Shown in pieces: positions 1 through 8,199 of a stretch of DNA of 64,000 bases. The stretch lies in the NCBI GenBank assembly GCA_965200315.1, contig OZ241362.1, positions 448,001 through 512,000 on the forward strand, given 5' to 3'. Made by a program: the position numbers and the translations under genes. The notes under the pieces were generated by a model that was not told where the DNA came from, ran no database searches, and was given only the letters and a program-made list of their open reading frames with translations. The DNA is from Candidatus Latescibacterota bacterium (GTDB lineage Bacteria > Latescibacterota > UBA2968 > UBA8231). How positions within the stretch are numbered: position 1 is the first letter of the stretch; each line of letters starts with the position of its first letter.

Positions 1-2949
1 ATCTGAAATAACTCTTTTCCGACCAGACCAAGGCTCATCATTCATCACCGCCTTCCACTGACCCTGCGTGATCTCATATTTCCCCAACCAAAAACCACGA
101 CTAATCTCTACCTCATGCACCGGCCTTTCATCTGTCCGACCCGTATCCGACCCCATCTGAAACACCCCCGGCTCGATCCACGCAAACTCCATTGACGCAC
201 CCCCCGGCAGTTCCACCATCCTCTCGGATCGGACATCGACTCTCAGAACAAAAGTCAACTCCGCCTCAGCGCCGTTGCTATCCTCCACCCGGTAGATCAA
301 CGCATAGGCCCCGGCGACTGTCGGCGTACCCGAAAGCGTCCGAGCCGTCGCATCAAACGTCAAACCCGGCACCTCCGGCGACAAGCTATAGGTCAAATCG
401 CCAGCGCCATCCGAACCCGCAGGCAACTCCAACGGGTGCATCTCCTCTCCTTCAGTAACCGTCCGATCGGCAACCCTGTCCGAGTCCGAGAACGTCGGCT
501 GCAAATCAACGATCGACTCCTCAGTCGGCTGCAAATCAACGATCGGCTTACCTTTAACGGTCACCGTAAAGCGCAACTCCGCCTCAGCGCCGTTACTATC
601 CTCCACCCGGTAGATCAACGCATAGGCCCCGGCGACTGTCGGCGTACCCGAAAGCGTCCGAGCCGTCGCATCAAACGTCAAACCCGGCACCTCCGGCGAC
701 AAGCTATAGGTCAAATCGCCAGCGCCATCCGAACCCGCAGGCAACTCCAACGGGTGCATCTCCTCTCCTTCAGTAACCGTCCGATCGGCAACCCTGTCCG
801 AGTCCGAGAACGTCGGCTGCAAATCAACGATCGACTCCTCAGTCGGCTGCAAATCAACGATCGGCTTACCTTTAACGGTCACCGTAAAGCGCAACTCCGC
901 CTCAGCGCCGTTACTATCCTCCACCCGGTAGATCAACGCATAGGCCCCGGCGACTGTCGGCGTACCCGAAAGCGTCCGAGCCGTCGCATCAAACGTCAAA
1001 CCCGGCACCTCCGGCGACAAGCTATAGGTCAAATCGCCAGCGCCATCCGAACCCGCAGGCAACTCCAACGGGTGCATCTCCTCTCCTTCAGTAACCGTCC
1101 GATCGGCAACCCTGTCCGAGTCCGAGAACGTCGGCTGCAAATCAACGATCGACTCCTCAGTCGGCTGCAAATCAACGATCGACTCCTCAATTTCCATCAC
1201 GTAAATCCCCAAATTGCCGTCGCGATCCGACGAAAAGACGATCTGCTCACCATCCGCAGACCAAGAAGGCTGCACATCCCAACTCTTGTGGTTGGTCAGG
1301 CGGCGAGGGTTGCTCCCATCCGAACCCATCACGTAAATATCAGAATTGCCGTCGCGATCCGACGAAAAGACGATCTGCCGACCATCTGGAGACCAAGAAG
1401 GAGACCTGTCCCTAGCGTCGTTGTCGGTTAGCTGATGCACATCCGAGCCGTCCGCGGCCATCACGTAAATATCAGAATTGCCGTCGCGATCCGACGAAAA
1501 GGCGATCTGCCGACCATCTGGAGACCAAGAAGGAGACCTGTCCCAAGCCGGGTGGTCGGTCAGGCGATGGGGGTTACTCCCATCCGAATCCATCACGTAA
1601 ATATCAAAATTGCTCCTGCCCTTGCGAGTAGACGAAAAGGCGATCTGCCGACCATCTGGAGACCAAGAAGGATTCTCGTCTCTAGCGTCGTTGTCGGTTA
1701 GCTGATGCACATCCGAGCCGTCCGCGGCCATCACGTAAATCTCAAAGTTGTCGTTGCGAGTAGACGAAAAGGCGATCTGCCGACCATCTGGAGACCAAGA
1801 AGGATTCTCGTCTCTAGCGTCGTTGTCGGTTAGCTGATGCATATCCGAGCCGTCCGCGGCCATCACGTAAATATCTACATTATTATTACGGCTGGATTGA
1901 AAGGCGATCTGCCGACCATCTGGAGACCAATCAGGAGCCAGATCCTTACCTTCGTCGTCGCTTAGCCGGATCACACCTGAGTCATCCGAAACCCGTTTCC
2001 CACTCCCGATCCTTTGACCAACCCCCACAGGCAGGGCCCCATCCAACGGATTCGACATATACCTCATAAGCACCTGCACGTCCGTCAGATCAACTTGCCC
2101 GTCGCCGTTGACATCCCCCAAGCCAAGACTGCCGTTGTTCGGCATGACAATCGACGGATTGGAACGGGACACCGCCACGAGCATCGCGTCTTCCAGCCCC
2201 ACTTGCCTATCGTTATTCACATCGCCCAAAATGTCCCCCGCCGACACGTTGCCACCCGCCAAAGGTGCCGCATCCACGACCAACTCTATCGCTGCCGTCC
2301 CCACGCGCACTCCAAACGCTGCATCCGCGTAGGTCGTCAAGCCCTCGCCTGAAACGACGAGGCCATAGTCCCGCTCCACCGCTTCTGTGGATATAGTCGC
2401 CGCTGTCGAGGGAGTCGCTGCGATCCCCGCCTGCCCGTCAATGAGCACCATCCGCTGGGTCTGCTGCCCTCCACCGGCTGTCAACCGATAGAAATACACC
2501 CCAGCGGCCATCGCCTGTCCCGCCGCATCGGTCGCGCCCCACTGCGCCGCGTGAAAACCAGCCGGCCGCTCTGCGTCCACCAGCGTTGCAACGTGCTGCC
2601 CCAACACGTTAAACACATCGAGCCGCACGTGCGCAGCCGTGGGTAGCTGATAGGGGATCATCGTCGAAGGGTTGAACGGGTTGGGGTAATTCGGTCCTAG
2701 GGCAAATCCCTGCGGCAACGCCGACCTACCCAACGACGCCAGCGGCAGCGCGAAATGCCCAGACTCATCGGTCATCGCCCGTGCCACCGCGCCGCGATGC
2801 AAATCAGCCAAGTCAAACAGCACCACAGCCGCTCCAGCCACCGCCCGCCCATCGGCAAGCCGCACCTTACCGGAAATCGTCTGCTCCTGTGCCATGACAG
2901 CGTGGACGAAAACGAACAAGCCCATCAGACATACTCTTATAAATCTCAT
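1..2949 (-). CDS. Large secreted multidomain protein, 3'-truncated by the window edge: signal peptide, internal T9SS-CTD/FlgD-like domain, dockerin, 6 PD40 (TolB) repeats, 3 Ig-like (He_PIG-type) repeats, start of an FGE-sulfatase (SUMF1) domain
   Basis: Manual translation from ATG 2949 (MRFIRVCLMGLFVFVHAVMAQEQ), open to base 1. Motifs: LGPNYPNPFNPST..GVYFYRL; GDVNNDRQV / GDVNGDGQVDLTD; PSWSPDGRQIAF; PGLTFDATARTLSGTPT; FQMGSD..DERPVHEVEISRGFWLGKYEITQGQW. Not in the ORF track because there is no stop in the window. Confidence 0.9.
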   Translation of the reverse strand, partial: MRFIRVCLMGLFVFVHAVMAQEQTISGKVRLADGRAVAGAAVVLFDLADLHRGAVARAMTDESGHFALPLASLGRSALPQGFALGPNYPNPFNPSTMIPYQLPTAAHVRLDVFNVLGQHVATLVDAERPAGFHAAQWGATDAAGQAMAAGVYFYRLTAGGGQQTQRMVLIDGQAGIAATPSTAATISTEAVERDYGLVVSGEGLTTYADAAFGVRVGTAAIELVVDAAPLAGGNVSAGDILGDVNNDRQVGLEDAMLVAVSRSNPSIVMPNNGSLGLGDVNGDGQVDLTDVQVLMRYMSNPLDGALPVGVGQRIGSGKRVSDDSGVIRLSDDEGKDLAPDWSPDGRQIAFQSSRNNNVDIYVMAADGSDMHQLTDNDARDENPSWSPDGRQIAFSSTRNDNFEIYVMAADGSDVHQLTDNDARDENPSWSPDGRQIAFSSTRKGRSNFDIYVMDSDGSNPHRLTDHPAWDRSPSWSPDGRQIAFSSDRDGNSDIYVMAADGSDVHQLTDNDARDRSPSWSPDGRQIVFSSDRDGNSDIYVMGSDGSNPRRLTNHKSWDVQPSWSADGEQIVFSSDRDGNLGIYVMEIEESIVDLQPTEESIVDLQPTFSDSDRVADRTVTEGEEMHPLELPAGSDGAGDLTYSLSPEVPGLTFDATARTLSGTPTVAGAYALIYRVEDSNGAEAELRFTVTVKGKPIVDLQPTEESIVDLQPTFSDSDRVADRTVTEGEEMHPLELPAGSDGAGDLTYSLSPEVPGLTFDATARTLSGTPTVAGAYALIYRVEDSNGAEAELRFTVTVKGKPIVDLQPTEESIVDLQPTFSDSDRVADRTVTEGEEMHPLELPAGSDGAGDLTYSLSPEVPGLTFDATARTLSGTPTVAGAYALIYRVEDSNGAEAELTFVLRVDVRSERMVELPGGASMEFAWIEPGVFQMGSDTGRTDERPVHEVEISRGFWLGKYEITQGQWKAVMNDEPWSGRKRVISD
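256..1189. repeat. Three near-identical intragenic 318-bp tandem repeats (106-aa Ig-like unit), each containing a 30-bp sub-repeat (IVDLQPTEES)
   Basis: TCTCCTCTCCTTCAGTAACC recurs at 441, 759 and 1077, a period of 318. Confidence 0.95.
1195..1975. repeat. Six ~132-bp intragenic repeats encoding PD40/TolB beta-propeller blades
   Basis: CATCACGTAAAT recurs at ~1195, 1327, 1459, 1591, 1729 and 1861; translates as WSPDG..IAF.S.R....IYVM. Confidence 0.9.
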
Positions 2950-3096
2950 ACTAAAGATCTCCCTATTAACGTGCGTTCAGGTTGACCGGCTCTACTCCTA
3001 GTGGGAGGAGCCATCGTTTTTTAGGTTAGTGAGCCAATTTTACTCAGGAACGAGCCGGAGGACATGGACGGCCCACAAGCTCAGAGCACACTGTGG

Positions 3097-3120
3097 GCGT
3101 GAGCTTGTCGAAGCTCACGC
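3097..3120. repeat. Perfect hairpin GCGTGAGCTT-GTCG-AAGCTCACGC, REP-like (GAGCTTGTCGAAG core)
   Basis: 10-bp perfect inverted repeat with a 4-nt loop. Confidence 0.55.
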
Positions 3121-3285
3121 ATGGGACAACTCCCAAGGTGCCGACAGCTTCCAATGCCACTGCGTAACATCAGTTTGGTTAGTGAGGCAATAATCCTCGG
3201 CATCCTTCCTGAGGGAGAGGAGATATGAGGGGAGGGATTCTTGGTGTTGCTTTTGAGTTCGCCTCGCCCTGCCATGAGGTGTTGT

Positions 3286-3330
3286 AGAAAGTCCCAGCTA
3301 GGCTACTGCCCAGCCGGGACTTCTTTTTTT
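3286..3330. terminator. Intrinsic terminator (probably bidirectional) downstream of 3341..4384
   Basis: AAGTCCC...GGGACTT stem flanked by a T-run on the + strand and TTTCT on the - strand. Confidence 0.7.
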
Positions 3331-3340
3331 GCATATTGTG

Positions 3341-4384
3341 TTAATCGGCGAATGTCGCCTTGATACGGCCCCAAGAGGAAGTCTCAGAGGAAGAGACAGG
3401 CTTAGCCGCCGGCCTAACATGAAAAGAGAGAGAATCCGGGTCTATAGTCGCCTCCTGCAAAAGCCTAATACTGCCCCAGTCAAAATCTACGAACGTAAGC
3501 GGTTCCAGGTCTCCTGTACGTTCTTCATTTAGTTCGTCCACAAAACCAAGAGAATCCCCAGGGGTGGGACTTATAAATGTAGAAGCGGCCTCGATCGTAA
3601 ACGAAATAATGCGAGGAGCAGCAAGCGGCGATATTACGTCTATTACTACGTCAGATGGAGGAACAGGCGGCACTTCATACGGTAGGGACACGTCCGGCAA
3701 TAGTAGGGACGGCAGTCGGGACGACGGGGACAGCGGCGGTAAAGGCCATGACGAAATTAGGGCTGAGAGGGCTGAGTCTGGCGATACTTGGGACGCGTCG
3801 TAGATCTCAACCAATTCCCTGAAGTGAGCATAAAACTCCTTGCGACAGCGCGGCTTTTCATCATCACATTTCCGAAAGTAATCAGGACTATCTCTGTAAG
3901 GCTCAGATCCGTCCAGTTCAAAAAACTCTCTCAAGGTCTGTGGTTGGCCCGCCTTTGGACCTGTTATGTAGCGCCTCCCCCCCGGAAGGTTTACAGCATT
4001 CTTGAAAAGCGAGTCCTCCGAAGTTTTAGCAAAGCCCAAAGGAATCCAAGACGGATACCAAGAGCTTGTACCATCTCCTCTCTGAGCTATATCTTCCATC
4101 AAAAAATCCACAGCTTTTTGTTTCCGCGTCGCATTGTCCCGCTCCACCTGGGCTATTTGAGCGTCTCTCGCATCCTGAAAATCTTGCTCAGTCTCCCAAG
4201 TGAAAGGGTCATTCAATTTGTCTAGATATTCTTTCGCTTCCTCTGCAAGTTGCTCATCAACCGGAATAGGATCCTCCATATAAAGAATAACCGTCCTCCG
4301 GCCGTCCTGAGCGAAAGACACGTTCAGAGCGAACAACACGGAAAGAAAAAGGGCAACCATTCGGCCCCCATTAAACGTAGCCAT
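3341..4384 (-). CDS. Secreted hypothetical protein with a Pro-rich linker and C-terminal ..SSWGRIKATFAD motif
   Basis: GAGGAGG RBS before ATG 4384; signal peptide ..LFALNVSFA-QD. Confidence 0.8.
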   Translation of the reverse strand: MATFNGGRMVALFLSVLFALNVSFAQDGRRTVILYMEDPIPVDEQLAEEAKEYLDKLNDPFTWETEQDFQDARDAQIAQVERDNATRKQKAVDFLMEDIAQRGDGTSSWYPSWIPLGFAKTSEDSLFKNAVNLPGGRRYITGPKAGQPQTLREFFELDGSEPYRDSPDYFRKCDDEKPRCRKEFYAHFRELVEIYDASQVSPDSALSALISSWPLPPLSPSSRLPSLLLPDVSLPYEVPPVPPSDVVIDVISPLAAPRIISFTIEAASTFISPTPGDSLGFVDELNEERTGDLEPLTFVDFDWGSIRLLQEATIDPDSLSFHVRPAAKPVSSSETSSWGRIKATFAD

Positions 4385-4728
4385 AAATAGGCCTCCTCTA
4401 ACTATATACCAAGGGAGTTTTAGGTGAACCCTTTGGTAGTGTGTGATTGCCCATTTCAAGCGATTACTGAAACAGGCGACGAAAGCAATGGTATTCTGTA
4501 CGAAATGACTCCGACCCTAAAGGCCAGAATTAGTGGACTTGGGAATTGATTAATGCTGTTCAGCTACAAACCCTCCTTTCCAAGAGGCGTCTTAATAATG
4601 AATAATTTGCGATCTCCGACGCACCTCAAAGTATCTGGCCCGCGAAAAATGCCTACTAGTGCTTACTTGAATGATTAAAGAAAGAAAAACATGTATAGAA
4701 GTCAATAAATAAATTTCATAGCATGCCT

Positions 4729-4759
4729 TATAATACCTGTATTTACTCAAATAAATACA
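4729..4759 (+). promoter_or_regulatory. TATAAT box followed by palindrome TGTATTTA-N6-TAAATACA (candidate XRE operator)
   Basis: TATAAT at 4729-4734; 8-bp inverted arms at 4738-4745 and 4752-4759, upstream of the XRE gene. Confidence 0.5.
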
Positions 4760-4805
4760 ATAGTTTAAGAAAAAATTAGTTGTTTTATTGAGGATAGTGC
4801 TCGAT

Positions 4806-5153
4806 ATGGATACTGGTATAGCTGTCAGGGACGAGATCTGCTGTAGGGTGCAGCAATTGCGTCACCAGACAGGGATAACCCAAGAAAAACTGGCTGAACA
4901 GGCAGGACTTAGCGTGGACGGAATCCGCAAGATCGAGGGTCGGAGAGCAACGCCGAGCTTAGAAACGCTCTACAAAATCTCAAAAGCGTTGCGGGTACAG
5001 CCAGTGGACTTGATACGGCATGAAGGGGAAATACGAACGGAAAAAGACAGAGAACTGCAAGAATTTATCACGTATCTATCGACGAAAAAGCTGGAAGAAA
5101 TCAGACTGGCTAAGCGGATAACAAAAGCGGTAATGAAAGAATTAGACAGATAA
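4806..5153 (+). CDS. XRE-family helix-turn-helix transcriptional regulator
   Basis: RVQQLRHQTGITQEKLAEQAGLSVDGIRKIEGRRATPSLETLYKISKAL (HTH_3 pattern). Confidence 0.9.
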   Translation: MDTGIAVRDEICCRVQQLRHQTGITQEKLAEQAGLSVDGIRKIEGRRATPSLETLYKISKALRVQPVDLIRHEGEIRTEKDRELQEFITYLSTKKLEEIRLAKRITKAVMKELDR

Positions 5154-5288
5154 TGAGAAGTCAGCGATTCACACTCGTTCCACCGCCAAGGCGGCCACAT
5201 TGCGCGTCTTTTGGCTAAACCCGCCGCACGGCTCGGTGTGGCGAATGGTCAGGTATAACTGAATAGGGCTACAGGGAAGAAAACTCCA

Positions 5289-5840
5289 CTAGGCTGAGGG
5301 GACAAACCCGGGCTTTAGGCCCTGATAGTCCGCCCCCAAACGGGCAAAAATGTCGGCCCACCGGCGCGGGTAGGATGGATGGCTGTTATTGGGCAAGAAG
5401 CCCAACTTGAGATAGCAGCGCAGAGCTGGGATGCGGAAGTCGTCGGTCAGCAAGTATATGGGCCTAGGGCCTAGCTCTTTGGCTTGGGCCACGGCCGCCG
5501 CTACGATGAACTTGCCTAAGCCGCCCCCCTGAAAGTCCGGGTGTACTGCAACCCAACCGATTTCCCAACACGGCCGCAGTTCTCGGGTGCGGTCGTTGCA
5601 ACCTGTACAGGCGACGATCTGGCCCTCGCACTCGACAAAGAGCTGGACTCGAGTTCCTGCCAAGACGTCCTCTAGCCGCTGTCGATCCCAATGACCCAAT
5701 TCGCCATTGGCCTGCAATAGGGCCAACCAGCCTTCCTCGTCGCCTAACCTGTAAGTCCGCAGTCGATAGCCGGCCATTTCTGGTAAGTCCGGGGTCGTCT
5801 CGCGCCCATACCAGAGGATGAGCTGGGGCAAGGGACTCAA
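5289..5840 (-). CDS. GNAT-family acetyltransferase
   Basis: VAVHPDFQGGGLGK acetyl-CoA motif; ALRCYLKLGF. Confidence 0.9.
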   Translation of the reverse strand: MSPLPQLILWYGRETTPDLPEMAGYRLRTYRLGDEEGWLALLQANGELGHWDRQRLEDVLAGTRVQLFVECEGQIVACTGCNDRTRELRPCWEIGWVAVHPDFQGGGLGKFIVAAAVAQAKELGPRPIYLLTDDFRIPALRCYLKLGFLPNNSHPSYPRRWADIFARLGADYQGLKPGFVPSA

Positions 5841-6247
5841 GTGCGGCCTTCCCGACGCCGGAAGAGGGACGACTTAAACTGCTCGGGGCAATGGGGTTGG
5901 AGCACGAAGATTTCGCAGTGGGGAAAGGCATCGGCCAGACCCGCTGGTCTCCCTTGGTCGTAGCCGAGGGCAATAATGTGGGGCGCTATTTCGCCGACGA
6001 TGCGCAAAAAGTTACACCCCTCGTGGCCGAGGCGGACTTCGGTGGCTTCGGGCAGCTTCTCCAGAGCGGCTTTGCGCTCCTCTTGGGATTGGTCGGGATA
6101 GTGCCCCTTGATGCGTCGGACGTTCTCATCGCGAGCGACCACCACGAATAGTTCGTCGCCCAGCGCAGCTGCCTGCGCAATGAAGGAGCGGTGGCCTGGG
6201 TGCAGGTAATCAAAAGTGCCGCAGCACAATACGCGAGTTTTATTCAT
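5837..6247 (-). CDS. Cytidylyltransferase-like nucleotidyltransferase (RibL/FAD synthase-like)
   Basis: GTFDYLHPGH (HxGH), VVVARD, IALGYDQ, FKSS. Confidence 0.85.
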   Translation of the reverse strand: MNKTRVLCCGTFDYLHPGHRSFIAQAAALGDELFVVVARDENVRRIKGHYPDQSQEERKAALEKLPEATEVRLGHEGCNFLRIVGEIAPHIIALGYDQGRPAGLADAFPHCEIFVLQPHCPEQFKSSLFRRREGRT

Positions 6248-6668
6248 CGGCGCGTCGGTCTATCCAATACTCGACACCGCGATCCTTGGCAAAAATGCGG
6301 CCAAAGCGGTCGGCATCGGCGCGGCTGGAGAAATAGCCGATCCGCACCCGCACACCAGCATCGCTTTGCAGGCTATAGGCCGGATAGCCCTCGTCCTTCA
6401 ATTCGCGCACCTTCTGATCGGCGCGTTTCGCGTCTCGATAGACGCCGACTTGAATGGTGAATTGGCCGTCGGGATAAAAAAATACGGGGATAGCATCGCT
6501 GGTATCGCTGGTATCGGCTGGAGTGGACACAGAGTCAGCCGGCGTGAAGTGGACTATTTCGCTGCGGTCAGTGGGTTCGTCTTCGCCAACATCGGTGTCG
6601 GCGCATCCCCCGACCGAGAGGACTGTCCAAGCGAGCATCCATAGCCGATTGGGATTCGCCGCACTCAA
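6240..6668 (-). CDS. SPOR-domain lipoprotein
   Basis: Lipobox VGGC; FTIQVGVYRD..A..RVRIGYFSSRADA. Confidence 0.85.
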   Translation of the reverse strand: MSAANPNRLWMLAWTVLSVGGCADTDVGEDEPTDRSEIVHFTPADSVSTPADTSDTSDAIPVFFYPDGQFTIQVGVYRDAKRADQKVRELKDEGYPAYSLQSDAGVRVRIGYFSSRADADRFGRIFAKDRGVEYWIDRRADE

Positions 6669-7954
6669 TGCACAGCCTTGAGCGCGTCAAAGTGAATGCG
6701 GAGCGTTTCTTCGATATCCCCTTCCCCGTGTGCGAGTGAGGGGAACATGCATTCGTATTGGGAGGGCGCCAGATAGAGGCCCCGCTCTAGGCAAGCCCAG
6801 AAATAGCGCTTAAAACGCGCCAGATCAACCGGTTCGACGCTGGCAAAATCCACCACCGGATGCGAAGTAAAAAACATGCAGAGCATGGCACCGACTCGGT
6901 TTAGCGCGTAGTTCAAGCCCAATTTTTGCAGATTGTCAGCCATGCCATCTGCCAAATCGGCGCAGCGGCTCTCCAGCGTTTCGTAGATCCCGGGTTCGGA
7001 CAGCATGTTCAATTGCTCCAAGCCCGCGGCCATGGCGAGCGGATTGCCCGATAAGGTGCCGGCCTGCGAAACCTTTATGCCCAGCGGAGACACGTTTTCC
7101 ATGATCTCCCGCTTGCCGCCGTACGCCGCAGCCGGCAAGCCACCCCCGACGATCTTGCCCAAGCACGTCAAATCGGGCATCACCCCATAGCGCTCTTGCG
7201 CCCCGCCCGGGCCGACGCGGAACCCGGTAATGACCTCGTCGAAAATGAGGACGATCCCTTCTGTGTCGGCTATTTGGCGCAGCGCGGGGAGGAAACCCTC
7301 GCGCGGCGGTACGGTTCCCATATTGCCGGCCACCGGCTCGACGATGATGGCGGCGATCTGGCCGCTATTTTCCCGCAAGGCCGCACGCACGGCATCCGCG
7401 TCGTTATACGGCAGCGTCAAGGTCGAATCAACCACGCTTTGCGGCACACCTGGGCTGGTGGGAACCCCCAAGGTCAGGGCCGAAGACCCAGCCTCGCTCA
7501 AGAAGCTGTCCCCATGCCCGTGCCAGCAGCCCTCGAATTTGGCGATTTTGTCACGGCCGGTATGGCCGCGGGCCAAGCGCACGGCCGCCATGGTGGCCTC
7601 GGTCCCCGAACTCACCATCCGCACCATTTCGATGGAGGGCACCATCGCCACAATGCGCTCGGCCAGTGCGGTTTCCAACTCGGTCGGGGCACCGAAACTG
7701 GTCCCCTTGGCGCAGGCTTGCTGCACGGCTTGTACGACGCGAGGATGGGCATGACCGAAAATGAGCGGCCCCCAAGAGCACACGTAGTCAATGTATTCGC
7801 GGCCATCGACATCAAAAATACGCGAACCAGCCCCCCGCTCAATAAATCGAGGACCACCACCCACTGCGCCAAACGCCCGCGCCGGACTGTTTACGCCTCC
7901 GGGAATGACCTGCTGCGCTTGAGCAAAAGCCTTTGCAGAGCTAGATGGCGACAT
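6665..7954 (-). CDS. hemL: Glutamate-1-semialdehyde 2,1-aminomutase
   Basis: IPGGVNSPARAF, SSGTEATM, FDEVITGFR, GKIVGGGLP, QAGTLSGNPLAM. Confidence 0.97.
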   Translation of the reverse strand: MSPSSSAKAFAQAQQVIPGGVNSPARAFGAVGGGPRFIERGAGSRIFDVDGREYIDYVCSWGPLIFGHAHPRVVQAVQQACAKGTSFGAPTELETALAERIVAMVPSIEMVRMVSSGTEATMAAVRLARGHTGRDKIAKFEGCWHGHGDSFLSEAGSSALTLGVPTSPGVPQSVVDSTLTLPYNDADAVRAALRENSGQIAAIIVEPVAGNMGTVPPREGFLPALRQIADTEGIVLIFDEVITGFRVGPGGAQERYGVMPDLTCLGKIVGGGLPAAAYGGKREIMENVSPLGIKVSQAGTLSGNPLAMAAGLEQLNMLSEPGIYETLESRCADLADGMADNLQKLGLNYALNRVGAMLCMFFTSHPVVDFASVEPVDLARFKRYFWACLERGLYLAPSQYECMFPSLAHGEGDIEETLRIHFDALKAVH

Positions 7955-8199
7955 GAGTCTATGCCCTTTTAATCGCGAAACTGGAGCGGCCCACAGAAGA
8001 ATTAGTCGTCGTCATACCGATCAGCGCCATCGTCCTGTGAAAAGAGACATAGCCAACCCTTTTTAAGGTAACACTTTCTACAATTAAGGGGCAAATTCTC
8101 CGAAGCATTCTAACGTTCCGGGTTCGGCCTCTCCAGCGGCTCCCATCCGCTGGGAACGAGGGCGTCTCGCCCTCGAAAGTCCGACGGTGGTTTAGCGCA

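Noticed and set aside
256-1975. Repeats as a CRISPR array
   Set aside because: Periods are multiples of three, in-frame and coding; there are no unique spacers and no cas genes.
192-2985. Plus-strand ORFs in the track (436..1431 and others)
   Set aside because: Arg-rich antisense shadows of the real minus-strand gene 1..2949.
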